A stretch of DNA of 64,000 nt from the NCBI GenBank assembly GCA_965203365.1, contig OZ241878.1, forward strand, positions 2,502,174-2,566,173, given 5' to 3'. The notes under the pieces are model-generated. The model was not told the DNA's origin and did not search any database. It saw nothing but the letters and a program-made list of their open reading frames with translations. This document shows, piece by piece, positions 1 to 10,009 of the stretch. The translations under genes were made by a program, and so were the position numbers. This DNA is from Candidatus Poriferihabitaceae bacterium. GTDB taxonomy: Bacteria; Pseudomonadota; Gammaproteobacteria; Arenicellales; Poriferihabitantaceae. Numbering within the stretch: position 1 is the first letter of the stretch; each line of letters begins with the position of its first letter.

Positions 1-539
1 CATCGACGCAGGTCACGCGCCACGAGTCCCTCCACCAAGGCCACCAGACCGAACAGCAAAAAAACCGGCAGGGCCAAGGTCAAGATGGCGACACGGACAC
101 AAAAGACCTGCACCATCTGCTGGGCCGCCATGCCGTAAGGCATCAGACGTCGGTAGAGCCGGTGGCCGATCCGCCAGACGACTTGCGCAGGGCCGTCGGG
201 AACTTGAGTCATCCGTCGGACCAGCCCATCCCACCGCGCCGCATCAAACAAGAGATGATCCATGCGGGTGGCAAGACCCAGGGCGAACCGGGTCGGATCA
301 CGGGCCAGGACGCTGCGCCGGAAGTCGTTCTGGAGATAGCCGATTTCCGCTTCCAGCAAGGCCCGACTGTGATCAATCCCCTCGTCCGGCCACCAGAACA
401 CCATCCCGACCCATTCGACCAGAATCGACAGCACCAAGGAGCCGACCAGCCATCCGCCGAGCCGGAAGATACTGGATAGGATGCGGGTGATCCATCCTCG
501 TCCCGACCTCGGATCGGGGCGGCTGGCTGGATTACTCAT
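1..539 (-). CDS. ICE inner-membrane protein, PFL_4697-like (5' part only; gene runs off the left edge)
   Basis: Minus-strand ATG at 537-539 overlaps the traD stop (ATGA). Translation MSNPASRPDPRSGRGWITRILSSIFRLGGWLVGSLVLSILVEWVGMVFWWPDEG... contains hydrophobic helices. It lies directly after traD, as in PFGI-1/ICEclc-type ICEs. Family assigned from memory. Confidence 0.6.
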   Translation of the reverse strand, partial: MSNPASRPDPRSGRGWITRILSSIFRLGGWLVGSLVLSILVEWVGMVFWWPDEGIDHSRALLEAEIGYLQNDFRRSVLARDPTRFALGLATRMDHLLFDAARWDGLVRRMTQVPDGPAQVVWRIGHRLYRRLMPYGMAAQQMVQVFCVRVAILTLALPVFLLFGLVALVEGLVARDLRR

Positions 540-2632
540 CCGCCCCCCTCATCCCGAAATTCGGGTTCAGCATACTCCGTCGGATCAATTCGCCCACGCG
601 GGGTGACGGGGGGGCAGCCCGGATGGGTTTGGCACCGGCGCTGCATCTCAGCGGCGATGGCCGGCAAGGTGGCGGGGGCCGACGGATCCGCCATCGGCAG
701 GGGGATGCGAATCTTCCACAACTGGCCCCCTTCCATCAGCACGAAGGCCTGGCCCTTGGGTAGGGCCACCAAATCGGCCGGGGTCAGCATCGGCACTTCG
801 GTGACACTGAGGCGATCCTCGTTGCGGGATCGAAAATCGATGCCGGAACCGGGTTCCGCCGTATCCGCCACGCCAGAGACGCTCATCATCGTCACCACCT
901 CGACCTGCGGCAGCTGGTCCGTCAGCAGCGCCGCCGTGGCCGGTTCCCTGACCCGGAGCATGATCAGGGTATTGAAGTTGCCGGCCACCTGTCCGGCCTT
1001 GGCCCGATTGCCGATCGTGGCCTCGACATCCGACCAGGTCTGGGTATAGGCGGTAATCTGGAACCCCGCTCCGCCAGCCTTGTTCAGTAGCGGGACAAAC
1101 TCGTCTCCGAGCAGTTCGCTGAACTCATCCGCATGCAGGGAAATGGTGGGCGGCGGTGCGCGTTCCCCGTCCTTGAGGCCATGCTTGTAGATCCATCCGG
1201 CTACCGACACCAGATCCGCGAACATGGCATTGCCCACCGCCCCGGCGACGGCGGTGTCCGCCAACGCATCCAGTCCGATATAGACGATCCCCCGGCGCCG
1301 GATGATGTCCATCCATTCGAAGACCGGGCGCGGATCCTCCTCGTTGTCATAGTTGGGCGAGATCAGTCCCGCGACCGCCCCGGTCGTGAGCTTTTCCATC
1401 AAGGGCCCCACCGAACTGACGATCTTGTCGAAATAGGTTCGCTCATACTGGATGGCGGACAGGAGTCCATCCAAGACTGGATCATAGAAATCCTGTCCCT
1501 GCAGATAGCGCAGCAGGGCGATGGTGTCGCGTTGGCGCCCACGCTGCGCCGTCGGCAGGTGACGTTCGGCGATTTTTTCACGGAGGCGGTCGACCGCCTC
1601 CGTCCAGTCCGGTGGGCCATACCGTGCCAGACCATGACGGGTGTATTCGATGAACAGCGGTTCGATATCGTTGATATAGCGCCGCACCTGCCGGAAATCG
1701 GGACGCCGGCCGAGGGCCACCAGTGCCTGGGCAATGATGTTGACGAAGCGCCAGGCGAATTCCCGGAAGGCCGCCGAATTGCCCTCTCCCGGCAGTTGGC
1801 TGGCAATGCGGGTGGCCACCTCCGTGATGCGGGCAAAGTTCCCGATCGCGTTGTAGCGCGCCGAAAACTGCGGAAAGCCGAGATGAAACAGGCAGAAGTC
1901 CTCGGCCCGTTCGGATCGTTGGGCTTCAGCATACATCCGGCGCATCAGGTCGGCGTCGCCCTTGGGGTCGAAGACGATGACCACCTCCCCGCGTCGGATA
2001 TCCTGCGTGATGAGGATTTCCGCCAAGCGGGTCTTGCCGACCCGGGTGGTGCCCAGCACCAGCGTGTGACCCCCCCGATCACCCAGGTTCATCCAGACCG
2101 CCTGTTCCCGGGGTTCCACCCCATGGATCGCCGGCCAGCCTCCGACCGGGGGCTGGGGGGCCAGGGGATTCCACCAGGCCCGGACGCCGAGCCGCCGGGC
2201 CAAGGGGGCCAGCAGGGCGTGGGTTTCCCAGGCGATCTCCCGTTCACGAGCCCAGCGATAGAGGGGACCGTTTTCGACATAACGTCGGGCCTGGGGGTTC
2301 AGGGTATCCCGAAGCCGTTGGGTATGCTGTCGGGTCCAGCGAAATCCCCGGCCCAGAAACAGCTTGTGTCGGCTCACCGGCAAGTCCCTGGTGCTCACTT
2401 GCCAGACCGGCAGGCAGCGCAGATGGCGTTGGTACCGCCACACCCGATAGGCCTGACGCAGCCGGAGGGCGGCCAGACCCCAGAGCAATATCCCGGCTCC
2501 CTGAGCCACTCCCGGGGGCATCATCAACGCCCAAGGCGCCAGGAAAGCGAGGGTGCCGGCCCCCAGGCTCGTCAGGCAAGACCACAGCTCGACCGGCGGT
2601 CGAAGCCACGCTTCCAGGGGGGTCTTCCTCAT
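536..2632 (-). CDS. traD: Conjugative coupling protein TraD (PFGI-1/ICEclc class)
   Basis: 698-aa ORF with N-terminal TM helices and Walker A GTTRVGKT. VVIVFDPKGD and ITAYTQTWSD blocks are typical of ICE TraD/VirD4-type ATPases. Confidence 0.9.
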   Translation of the reverse strand: MRKTPLEAWLRPPVELWSCLTSLGAGTLAFLAPWALMMPPGVAQGAGILLWGLAALRLRQAYRVWRYQRHLRCLPVWQVSTRDLPVSRHKLFLGRGFRWTRQHTQRLRDTLNPQARRYVENGPLYRWAREREIAWETHALLAPLARRLGVRAWWNPLAPQPPVGGWPAIHGVEPREQAVWMNLGDRGGHTLVLGTTRVGKTRLAEILITQDIRRGEVVIVFDPKGDADLMRRMYAEAQRSERAEDFCLFHLGFPQFSARYNAIGNFARITEVATRIASQLPGEGNSAAFREFAWRFVNIIAQALVALGRRPDFRQVRRYINDIEPLFIEYTRHGLARYGPPDWTEAVDRLREKIAERHLPTAQRGRQRDTIALLRYLQGQDFYDPVLDGLLSAIQYERTYFDKIVSSVGPLMEKLTTGAVAGLISPNYDNEEDPRPVFEWMDIIRRRGIVYIGLDALADTAVAGAVGNAMFADLVSVAGWIYKHGLKDGERAPPPTISLHADEFSELLGDEFVPLLNKAGGAGFQITAYTQTWSDVEATIGNRAKAGQVAGNFNTLIMLRVREPATAALLTDQLPQVEVVTMMSVSGVADTAEPGSGIDFRSRNEDRLSVTEVPMLTPADLVALPKGQAFVLMEGGQLWKIRIPLPMADPSAPATLPAIAAEMQRRCQTHPGCPPVTPRGRIDPTEYAEPEFRDEGGG

Positions 2633-2671
2633 GGTCGGGGCCGACCACCGACGGCGGAAGGACCCGATGCC

Positions 2672-3403
2672 CTACTGTTCGATCCCACGGTCGGTGATCA
2701 AGACGGGATAATGCCGAATGCCCAGGGCACGGGCGAGGTCACTGCCCGACGCGGGCATCAGAGGCAGTGCCCCGGCCAGGGCCCTGATCGTCCGGACATC
2801 GTTCAGCGTGTCCGTCTGCACCAGCATGCCGACCGCACCGATCTTCTCCAGCCGGTCCCGATGACGGGCCAGCCATTGCCGGGACCGAGGATCGGAACCC
2901 ACCAGAAAGAACGGGCGGGCGAATGGATGTCGATGGGCTCTAATGGGGACGGGTCCTGGAGTCAGTCCGGGCGATCGGATCGCCCCCCCGGCTGGCCGAT
3001 CCGCCGGCCGGACAGTGGCATCGACGGAGGCCGCCCCCCGGGGATTGTCCAGGGACTCCCGGGATCCGGGGGTGATTGAGGACCAAGCGTCGGGGCCGCC
3101 CAAAATGGACAGGAACGGGGCCACCGGCCGTGTTCGGCCACTGTCATGCAATACAGTCAGCTCGGCCGGAGCCGACATTGAGGCCAGCAGTGCCCCCATG
3201 GCCACCCACTGGATTCGCGGCCGATGGGCGACGCGACCGCGGAATCGTCGGGTCAGCCGTGCGCGGATTCGAGACTCGACTCGACGAACGCTCCAGGTCG
3301 ACCGCCTCCCTGGACTTCGGGGCCGTTCTCCCCCTCTGAGGGGGGTGGACCGCTGGCCGGACGGCTTCGCGCAGCGCCGATCACGAATCCAGCGGAAGGT
3401 CAT
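2672..3403 (-). CDS. ICE protein, PFL_4695-like
   Basis: C-terminal PFFLVGSDPRSRQWL...GAVGMLVQTD...HYPVLIT matches my memory of this ICE family. The ATG at 3401-3403 overlaps the upstream stop (ATGA). The Arg-rich first ~57 aa look non-genuine, so GTG at 3232 or ATG at 3199 (signal-peptide-like MGALLASMSAPA) may be the true start. Confidence 0.65.
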   Translation of the reverse strand: MTFRWIRDRRCAKPSGQRSTPLRGGERPRSPGRRSTWSVRRVESRIRARLTRRFRGRVAHRPRIQWVAMGALLASMSAPAELTVLHDSGRTRPVAPFLSILGGPDAWSSITPGSRESLDNPRGAASVDATVRPADRPAGGAIRSPGLTPGPVPIRAHRHPFARPFFLVGSDPRSRQWLARHRDRLEKIGAVGMLVQTDTLNDVRTIRALAGALPLMPASGSDLARALGIRHYPVLITDRGIEQ

Positions 3404-4251
3404 GGCCGAAGATCCGCGGGCAAGACGGACATCAGCTCGTTGCCTTGCAGACGAAATACCACCGGCAGGTCCGGTATCGGATGGACCCAGCGTTGCAGGG
3501 CGCCCCGATTGTGATTCAGTGTCACCCGCCGACTGCGAACCAGTTCGGGGTCAATCGCCTGCGCCCGGGCCCAGCGGCGCACGGCCGCATCATCGTCCGG
3601 GGTCAGGTTCACCAGATAGATGTCCAGGCCGTGGTATTCATCAAGTCGCTCCATGAGCCGGCGCATGACCCGGTCGCAGGCCGGACAGTCCGGCTGGGTA
3701 AAGAACAGCAGCCGATCCTGGGAATCGAACGCAGCCCGGGGGGCCGGCGAGCGGGACAATCGGGACCGGTTGATCAGGGGTTCGCCGCCCTGGACCTGTC
3801 GGATGGCCGCATCGTACGCCCGCTGGAACGCCAGGATGCGTCGGGCATCCTGGGTCATGACCCGCGCCCAGCGTTTGGCGTAATGACGTCGTTCCCCCGG
3901 ATTGCGGGCGTGGATGCCCAGCACCTCCACCGGCGAAATCGTGGCGGGGCTGATGCTGCCGCGAATGCCCTGCATCAGATCGAGATACCGCCGCCATTCC
4001 GTCTCGGAGAGCTCCCAGAGCTGGGCCCGAAACTGGTGGGTAGCGGACAGTCGGGCCGAAGATTCGGTCGTCGTCACCGATCGGGATGAGGGGGTGGGGG
4101 GGTTGGAGACGGTCGGGACGGTCCCATCGACCGTGCTAGGCACGGACGACCCCCGGTCAGCCGCCAGCACACAGGGTGATGCCATCAGGAACCCGGCCAG
4201 GAGAGGCGCCGTGATCGGGGAGCGGCGGTTTCGGCCACGACGGCCGATCAT
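3400..4251 (-). CDS. ICE protein, PFL_4693-like (thioredoxin-like CxxC, secreted)
   Basis: 283-aa ORF with a signal-like N-terminus (APLLAGFLMASPCVLAA) and an FFTQPDCPACD CxxC motif. Conserved ICE operon position. Confidence 0.7.
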   Translation of the reverse strand: MIGRRGRNRRSPITAPLLAGFLMASPCVLAADRGSSVPSTVDGTVPTVSNPPTPSSRSVTTTESSARLSATHQFRAQLWELSETEWRRYLDLMQGIRGSISPATISPVEVLGIHARNPGERRHYAKRWARVMTQDARRILAFQRAYDAAIRQVQGGEPLINRSRLSRSPAPRAAFDSQDRLLFFTQPDCPACDRVMRRLMERLDEYHGLDIYLVNLTPDDDAAVRRWARAQAIDPELVRSRRVTLNHNRGALQRWVHPIPDLPVVFRLQGNELMSVLPADLRP

Positions 4252-4589
4252 GGCCCTGTCTCCCGGACAGGGGAGGGCGAGAAGGCGGAATGCGCCGGGT
4301 CAGGTAACGACAGATCCCGGTAGATCGTCACCGGTCGGGGGACCGGTGACGACCGGTGATCGGGATGGCAACGAAGCCCAGTCAGCCGGCCGGTCACCGG
4401 TGAGCGGGTCGGCCTGTTCTCCCGGGGAGTGGAGGGAACCGCGGGCGGTTCGACCAATCGGGGCAGGGCGGTACGCACCGGAGCGGGCGCGGTGATGGGA
4501 GGGGAAGCCGGCGGAAATCCGGCCAGTGGAGTCGTGCTGCCCCACAGATATCCGCCGTAGAACCCCAGGATCGCAATCAGAATCTCCAT
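4248..4589 (-). CDS. Small hypothetical membrane protein (ICE operon)
   Basis: N-terminal TM segment MEILIAILGFYGGYLWG. The stop overlaps the next start (ATGA). The rest is Pro-rich low complexity and no clear SD is present. Confidence 0.4.
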   Translation of the reverse strand: MEILIAILGFYGGYLWGSTTPLAGFPPASPPITAPAPVRTALPRLVEPPAVPSTPRENRPTRSPVTGRLTGLRCHPDHRSSPVPRPVTIYRDLSLPDPAHSAFSPSPVRETGP

Positions 4590-4597
4590 TCAAGTGT

Positions 4598-5479
4598 TCA
4601 GGGAAGTGAAAAGGTGTGGGACTGGCCGTGTGGATCGGTCCATTCGACCTGCCTGACAAGGGGGTCGATTCGGATCACGGTCCACCCCGCCTGGCGATCG
4701 CCCGTCTGCAGGAATGTCCTCTGACCTGCCTGGGAGAGGGTGACCTGGTTGACCCCATCCCAAACATCAATGGCTTCCAGACGAAAGGGCGGTCTACCCG
4801 CCGGTCCCCCTTGCGCCGTTTCGGTCGGAAGGCTGGGCGGTTGTTCGACCGAGTCGATCCTCGTCTCCCATGAGGCGGTGACGGCGACGAGTTGCTCGAC
4901 AACCGCCGTCTGTTGCGCGAGGAGCGCCTCCATCCGGTCCAGGGTAGCCTTGGCCTGATCATTCAGGGCGTCCGGAGTCGGCTGACGGGTGACCGCCTCG
5001 TCCAGGCGGGTCACCAGGGTGTCCAGCCGCTGCCAGAGTGCCTGACGATTCCCATCGGGATTCGGGGGGGTCGTCATGGCCGGGGGCGCCCACGGCGGGA
5101 GGTCGTCGGCCGCCGGCGCGTTCTTCTCGCTGGCCGGAGGGGTCAGCGAAGACTCCTCCACGCTGGCCGGGAGCGGTGGAACGGGCACCAAGGCCGCGGG
5201 GGGCCGAGGCTCCAGGTGCGCCTGGTTTTCGGCGAGCGGCATCGTCAGGCGCCCGATGGCGAGATACCCCAAGGCCCCGAGGATCACCCCACCCAACAGT
5301 CCAAGGATCAAGACGGGTCGGGGCCGCCTTCGGCGGGCGGGAGCGGGGTCGGCGTCAGGAGAGTCAGGGGGCGGTATGAGTTCTTCTTCCAAGAGGTGGG
5401 GGTCGATGTCCGAGAGAACCGGCGAATCCCTGGGGTCTTCGACCGGCGGGGTCGCCTGAGCGGGGGGCTGATGAGTCAT
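4598..5479 (-). CDS. Hypothetical single-pass membrane protein (ICE operon)
   Basis: GGAGG SD ~10 nt upstream; the ATG overlaps the pilL stop (ATGA). One TM helix (VLILGLLGGVILGALGYLAIG). Conserved-looking C-terminus WTVIRIDPLVRQVEWTDPHG. Confidence 0.6.
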   Translation of the reverse strand: MTHQPPAQATPPVEDPRDSPVLSDIDPHLLEEELIPPPDSPDADPAPARRRRPRPVLILGLLGGVILGALGYLAIGRLTMPLAENQAHLEPRPPAALVPVPPLPASVEESSLTPPASEKNAPAADDLPPWAPPAMTTPPNPDGNRQALWQRLDTLVTRLDEAVTRQPTPDALNDQAKATLDRMEALLAQQTAVVEQLVAVTASWETRIDSVEQPPSLPTETAQGGPAGRPPFRLEAIDVWDGVNQVTLSQAGQRTFLQTGDRQAGWTVIRIDPLVRQVEWTDPHGQSHTFSLP

Positions 5480-5970
5480 CCGGCACAGCCTCCAGGTGGG
5501 AAAGCCGCGTCACAGGTCGATGTCCCATCCGGCTCCAGGGCGCACCGTTCGAATGCGATCAGCCGATGAACCGGATCCTGAACCAGCGCGAAGGCCGGTC
5601 CGGCCAGCACCCAGAGGGCCTCGCGCAGGGACAAGGGCCCCAATGTCCGATGCACCATCGGGAGGGGCAGGGAAAACAGGTGGAGGGTGTCGGGGGAGTG
5701 GACCGCCGTGGGCGCCAGGCGATAGCCACTTCGATGCAAAAGATGTCGGACCGCCTCCCCCACGGTCTGGACCGCTTCCGGCATCCGGAGAGTCAGGACC
5801 GTACTGAGCAGATCGGTCTGCGCGGCGGTCGGCGTGGGGGTCGACAGCGAGTACCGGCCCATGGGCACTTCCTGCGCCAGAACCGGTGCGCAGACTTGGC
5901 CACCGATCCCGGCCAGACAACTGGCGGTGATCAGGAGACCCCGAAACAAACGGGAGCGGAGGGATGACAT
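5476..5970 (-). CDS. pilL: PilL-like ICE transfer-region lipoprotein
   Basis: Internal start MSSLRSRLFRGLLITASCLAG (lipobox-like). The VGEAVRHLLHRSGYRL...LPLPMVHRTLGPLSLREAL block resembles the conj_PilL family (from memory). The longer ORF to 6225 is Arg/Pro-rich and unlikely to be genuine. Confidence 0.65.
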   Translation of the reverse strand: MSSLRSRLFRGLLITASCLAGIGGQVCAPVLAQEVPMGRYSLSTPTPTAAQTDLLSTVLTLRMPEAVQTVGEAVRHLLHRSGYRLAPTAVHSPDTLHLFSLPLPMVHRTLGPLSLREALWVLAGPAFALVQDPVHRLIAFERCALEPDGTSTCDAAFPPGGCAG

Positions 5971-6080
5971 ATTCGGTCGCCGGGTGGGGAAACGGGGCCG
6001 GATCATCCCGAAGACGGGCCCCGAGCGACAAGGTGAAATGCCGTCGCCGGCTGATGGGATTTTGACGGACGGGGACGGAG

Positions 6081-6998
6081 TTACCGACCGCAATACAGGG
6101 CCACGATCTTGATGCGCTCGTGGCCCAGTTCTCGGCTGATGACCAGGCGGACGGTCTGGTCGATGGCCTGTTGTTCGACGGTGAGATCCCGGACTCGAGG
6201 CCCGTTCGCGGCCGGAGGCGGCCAACCAGCCAAGGCTTCATACCGCCGCTGGGCATAGGCGTGTCGCAGCCCATGCATGCGGGACAGTCCACTGCGCTGG
6301 AGCTCGCGATGATAGACTTTCAGTTGCTGGCGATAGTTCCGGGTACTGGGAATCAACGACCCCTTGCCGGCCAGCCGGTGCGCTGCGTCCAGGAGGGTAC
6401 GTTGCTGGTCGGTGATCACGGGGATGGTCCGGGCCTTCCCGCCCTTGGTCCAGCTGCCCCTGAGCCGGATGTGGTCGCCCTGGTCGGCGTACGAGGGCAT
6501 GAACTTGATCGACTCCTCCCGTCTCAGGCCAAAGGCCTGTTGCAACTTGAGGCTCATCCGCACTCTCGGGTCACGGATCGTGGCCAAGGTGGCGTCATCG
6601 ACGGTTTGGGCCTTGGAGACATTGGTCAGGTAACGTCGGTTGGGAATCCCGTAGAACGCATTGGATCGGGCCACCACACTGTCCCGGCCGACCTTGCGGG
6701 CCCACCAGCGGATGGCCGACATCCTGGGTTTGATGGTGCCGGCCGACAGTCCCTCCGCCAACCAACGCTGCACCAATGCCTCCACATGCTTGGGCTTGAG
6801 GGAGTGGATGCTCATGTGCCGGTATCCCAGTTCGTGCAGTTGATTGGCAATCAAGGTCAGGGTGCCTTGCCGGGCGGCCTGGGTGCCAAAGCCGCCGTCC
6901 CGGTTACGGCGGCACATCTGCTTGAGTTGGTAGTTCAGGTTTCTCACAGTGCAACCCAATCGGTTAGTGTTACTGACCAGACCGGTGGCCTGGGCCAT
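6081..6998 (-). CDS. Tyrosine recombinase / phage-integrase family protein
   Basis: 305 aa. Motifs HGLRHAYAQ and LGHERIKIVALY fit the H-x-x-R ... Y catalytic region. SAM-like N-terminal domain (LKPKHVEALVQRWL). Confidence 0.85.
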   Translation of the reverse strand: MAQATGLVSNTNRLGCTVRNLNYQLKQMCRRNRDGGFGTQAARQGTLTLIANQLHELGYRHMSIHSLKPKHVEALVQRWLAEGLSAGTIKPRMSAIRWWARKVGRDSVVARSNAFYGIPNRRYLTNVSKAQTVDDATLATIRDPRVRMSLKLQQAFGLRREESIKFMPSYADQGDHIRLRGSWTKGGKARTIPVITDQQRTLLDAAHRLAGKGSLIPSTRNYRQQLKVYHRELQRSGLSRMHGLRHAYAQRRYEALAGWPPPAANGPRVRDLTVEQQAIDQTVRLVISRELGHERIKIVALYCGR

Positions 6999-7558
6999 CC
7001 GGTCTCGCCGAAGCGCAGTGGTCGCGGGGCACCACTCCCTTCCACCTGAAGACTGTCTCGTTTAGACAACCCCGGTCGCTCCCGGTGGGGAGCCAAGCCG
7101 GAGTGGCCCAACCGGTCCTGACGGACCCGGGTCCAGGATGGCCGCTGGCCGCAGTGCAGATCGGGAGGCCACCGGGGGCAGGCGCCACCTCAGTGACTTC
7201 GGTGTCGGTGTCTCCAGTGGAAAACGGCGGCTGGGGATACCGGGCCATCAGGGGGGCCGTTTTCCGACAGGACCCACGACCGGAGTCGCCGCGCTTCACG
7301 GGGTCCGAGGGCGCGTTGGCCACAGGGATCCGCTGTGGCGGCGGTTGACATGGGGGGAGTATCCTGTGGCCGCCCGGTTCGGTCACGACAGAATCTCGAC
7401 CAATTCCGGCCGGGATTTTCGGGCGGAACCGGCCGCGGCGAGGTTTCCGCAAGACCCGCACCGCCGAAGAGCGCAGGGCTCTTCGGCGGCCGGGCGGGAG
7501 AATGGGTAGATTCCCGTTCTCCCGCGGTACAGACAACGAACGGAACCCGCGTCGGGCT

Positions 7559-7996
7559 TCAGTCCTCGCTCGGGCGCAGGATGGTGACGACCGGCTCGGC
7601 GTTGTCCCCTGGGCCGACCAGCAGTTTCAGGGTGGTCTCCCGGGCTGTTTTCGTCTGCCCATCGCGGGGCACTCGATACAGCGGAAACAACAGTTGGTCG
7701 CCGATCCCGCGGGCAATCCGAATGGCGTAGGCCGCCATCGTCAGGACATCCCACAGGCGCCCGGACTCTTCCTGGTGGACCTGGCGTCGGGAATCGTCCC
7801 CAGACCAGGCCACACAGTCCACCCAGGCTCCGGCAGTCAAGGCCACCGGCAGGCGAAACCCGGCCTCCTGGGCCATTTGGCCGGTGTCCACGAGGACACC
7901 GTCCTCGATGGCCTGGGTACGGGTATAGGTCGACATCACCGGACCGAAGAGTGATTCGGTCTCGGCGGGTTCAAGCTGATGGGAATTTGCAGTCAT
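7559..7996 (-). CDS. Conserved hypothetical protein (ICE/plasmid-associated)
   Basis: 145-aa ORF with an AGGAG SD 7 nt upstream of the ATG and non-repetitive composition. No family recognised. Confidence 0.6.
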   Translation of the reverse strand: MTANSHQLEPAETESLFGPVMSTYTRTQAIEDGVLVDTGQMAQEAGFRLPVALTAGAWVDCVAWSGDDSRRQVHQEESGRLWDVLTMAAYAIRIARGIGDQLLFPLYRVPRDGQTKTARETTLKLLVGPGDNAEPVVTILRPSED

Positions 7997-8132
7997 GGCA
8001 GTTCTCCTGAAAAGGTGTTACGCCGGGGCATTCCCTCCCCCTGACGGGGGCGGAACCGCTTCCCCGACAGGGTGAGTCAAGTGATGAGGATGGCCGGACC
8101 CCCGAAAGACTCCGACCAAGGGTGGAAAGAAC

Positions 8133-8549
8133 CTACACCACGGCTTCCTGACGGTCAGCCGCGGTGTAGAACGGTTGGCCCTCGACCCGAATCCACGACA
8201 GGCGCAGGAGACGGGATTTCAGGCGAATTGCCGTCTGGCCCGCTCGCTCGCCCTGGCGGACGGTGAACGGTTCGGCGCAGAGATCACTCAAGGTGAACCC
8301 GGCCAGAACCTTCCGGTTCGCCTCCATGGACGGCTGGAGCCGGCGCACGAGTTCCTGCGCCTGCGGTCCGGAGACTCGGCACTCGAAATGAGTGTACTGG
8401 GCGTTGTCGACACGGCCCCGAAGCGCCGCGATGGTGACGCACAGGAAGGGAGCCCCTTCTTTGGGTGTCACCGTCCAGAGACGGCTGAGATAGCCGATCC
8501 CCTGCAAGTGAAGATCGAAATACGCTCTCGTTTCGCGGGTGGATATCAT
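8133..8549 (-). CDS. DUF3577-like ICE protein (putative ssDNA-binding/replication accessory)
   Basis: Internal start MISTRETRAYFDLHLQGIGYLSR preceded by AGGAGG. This sequence type sits next to PFL_4669-like genes in this ICE class. Confidence 0.7.
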   Translation of the reverse strand: MISTRETRAYFDLHLQGIGYLSRLWTVTPKEGAPFLCVTIAALRGRVDNAQYTHFECRVSGPQAQELVRRLQPSMEANRKVLAGFTLSDLCAEPFTVRQGERAGQTAIRLKSRLLRLSWIRVEGQPFYTAADRQEAVV

Positions 8550-8761
8550 GAAGACCTCCTGATTCGATAAGGAAACATCGGAAATCCGGAGTCCACATGA
8601 CCCTGACGGGGCATCGGCCCCGGCAGGGTGAGGGAATGGTGGCCATTCCGTCGAGGGAGGACCGATGGAATCTGCGGATGCAGCGTCCACTGGGCACCGA
8701 TTGCACGGTCCAAGGGGTGCCTCGCTTGCCACTGAACCGCAGTGGCCACGGAGAAAATCGG

Positions 8762-9718
8762 TCATGGCGCCCCGCTCGATTCCCCGCCTGGCGGGTCGCG
8801 GCGGTCGAGCTCGTCGATGGCATCGGGGCCCTCCTGGGGAACGCCCCCCGGGAGGTTCTCGGTGGCCGGGGTCGGGCGGGCGGGCTCGACCGAGGTCACC
8901 TTGCGCAGCGGGGCCAGCGGGGCCCGCTGGACGCCTTGGCGCACGGCCGCCGGCAACGAACCCATCTTGCGCCGAGCCCGCTCGTCGGTATGGCCGCCCA
9001 GAGTCGCCCGATCAATGTTCAGAAACCGATAGCCGAGCGGGATCAGAAACAGGCTGCGCAACTTGCGGGCGCCGGCCCGGATGATGTCACCGGCCTGGGT
9101 CTTGTCCAGCAGACCGACATGGCAGGTCGCCAGGGCCGTGCGGGTCAGGGTATCGAAGCTGGCGACCAGGTTGGCGGCCCGGTAGGCATAGGGCGTGGCA
9201 AATCGAAGCGGGATTCGGTAGGGCTGCTGGGATTCGGGCAGGGCAATGTCAATGGCACCCATCTGGGCCAGGGTGTTTTCCAAATCCTCTCGCTGGCGTT
9301 GAAACAAGGCGGCCCGGTCGGCAATCGCATCATGCACCATGATCAACCACCAGTCGGCATAGGGATCGTCATCACGGGCCGCCTGCCAGATCACCCGCAG
9401 GCGATCGGCAAACAGGCCCAGGCCGATAATCGGGTCCCGGCCGGCAGCGCCCGACCGGCCCCGAACCAGTTCCTGGGCCTTGCGGGTGTGAAGCGTCAGC
9501 CAGATGTCACTGCGCAGCGGACCCGGTCTGTCGGCCCCGTTGGTCCGGTCAGCAGCATTCAGCGGGTTCGGTTCGGCATCAGGCAATGGGTCGGTCACGG
9601 TCAGTCTGCATCGAGTGGGAAAGGCGCGGATTCCAGCCGAAAGGCCGCGACTTGACCAGACAGAACTCCCGCGTCGATCTGGAGGGGTTTTCATCGGGGG
9701 TGATTCCAATGGAATCAC
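8762..9718 (-). CDS. ICE protein, PFL_4669-like
   Basis: DPYADWWLIMVHDA and RFATPYAYRAANLV blocks recalled from this family. The start may be MKTPP at 9694. Confidence 0.7.
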   Translation of the reverse strand: MIPLESPPMKTPPDRRGSSVWSSRGLSAGIRAFPTRCRLTVTDPLPDAEPNPLNAADRTNGADRPGPLRSDIWLTLHTRKAQELVRGRSGAAGRDPIIGLGLFADRLRVIWQAARDDDPYADWWLIMVHDAIADRAALFQRQREDLENTLAQMGAIDIALPESQQPYRIPLRFATPYAYRAANLVASFDTLTRTALATCHVGLLDKTQAGDIIRAGARKLRSLFLIPLGYRFLNIDRATLGGHTDERARRKMGSLPAAVRQGVQRAPLAPLRKVTSVEPARPTPATENLPGGVPQEGPDAIDELDRRDPPGGESSGAP

Positions 9719-10009
9719 CCCCGCTCGCGTTCAATGGGTAGCTTTCGCCCGGCGGTGGGAACGGGGAGGGCCCGCCTTCTGACGCGGCGGGGATTCGGCG
9801 GGCGGTTTTCAGGCGAAACCCGGCCTGGCGACCCGAGTGCGATCGGACTTAAGGCGGCGCCTCGTCGATCTCGTCCTTCCGGGACACGTTGACGGACGGT
9901 GGTCCGGCAACCGGCGGTCATCATCGATCTGGGTGGGCTCCCTGCCCGCTGGCGCCGGTCATCAGACTCCGGACCGATGACGGCGCATTTCCCTGACAGG
10001 CCCGACCCG

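Noticed and set aside
6081-6998. Shufflon or invertase model in which the tyrosine recombinase drives the SLP inversions
   Set aside because: The recombinase lies 15 kb away inside the ICE operon. I saw no short conserved crossover sites at the repeat borders, and kb-long identical arms favour homologous recombination. This is not excluded, only unsupported.
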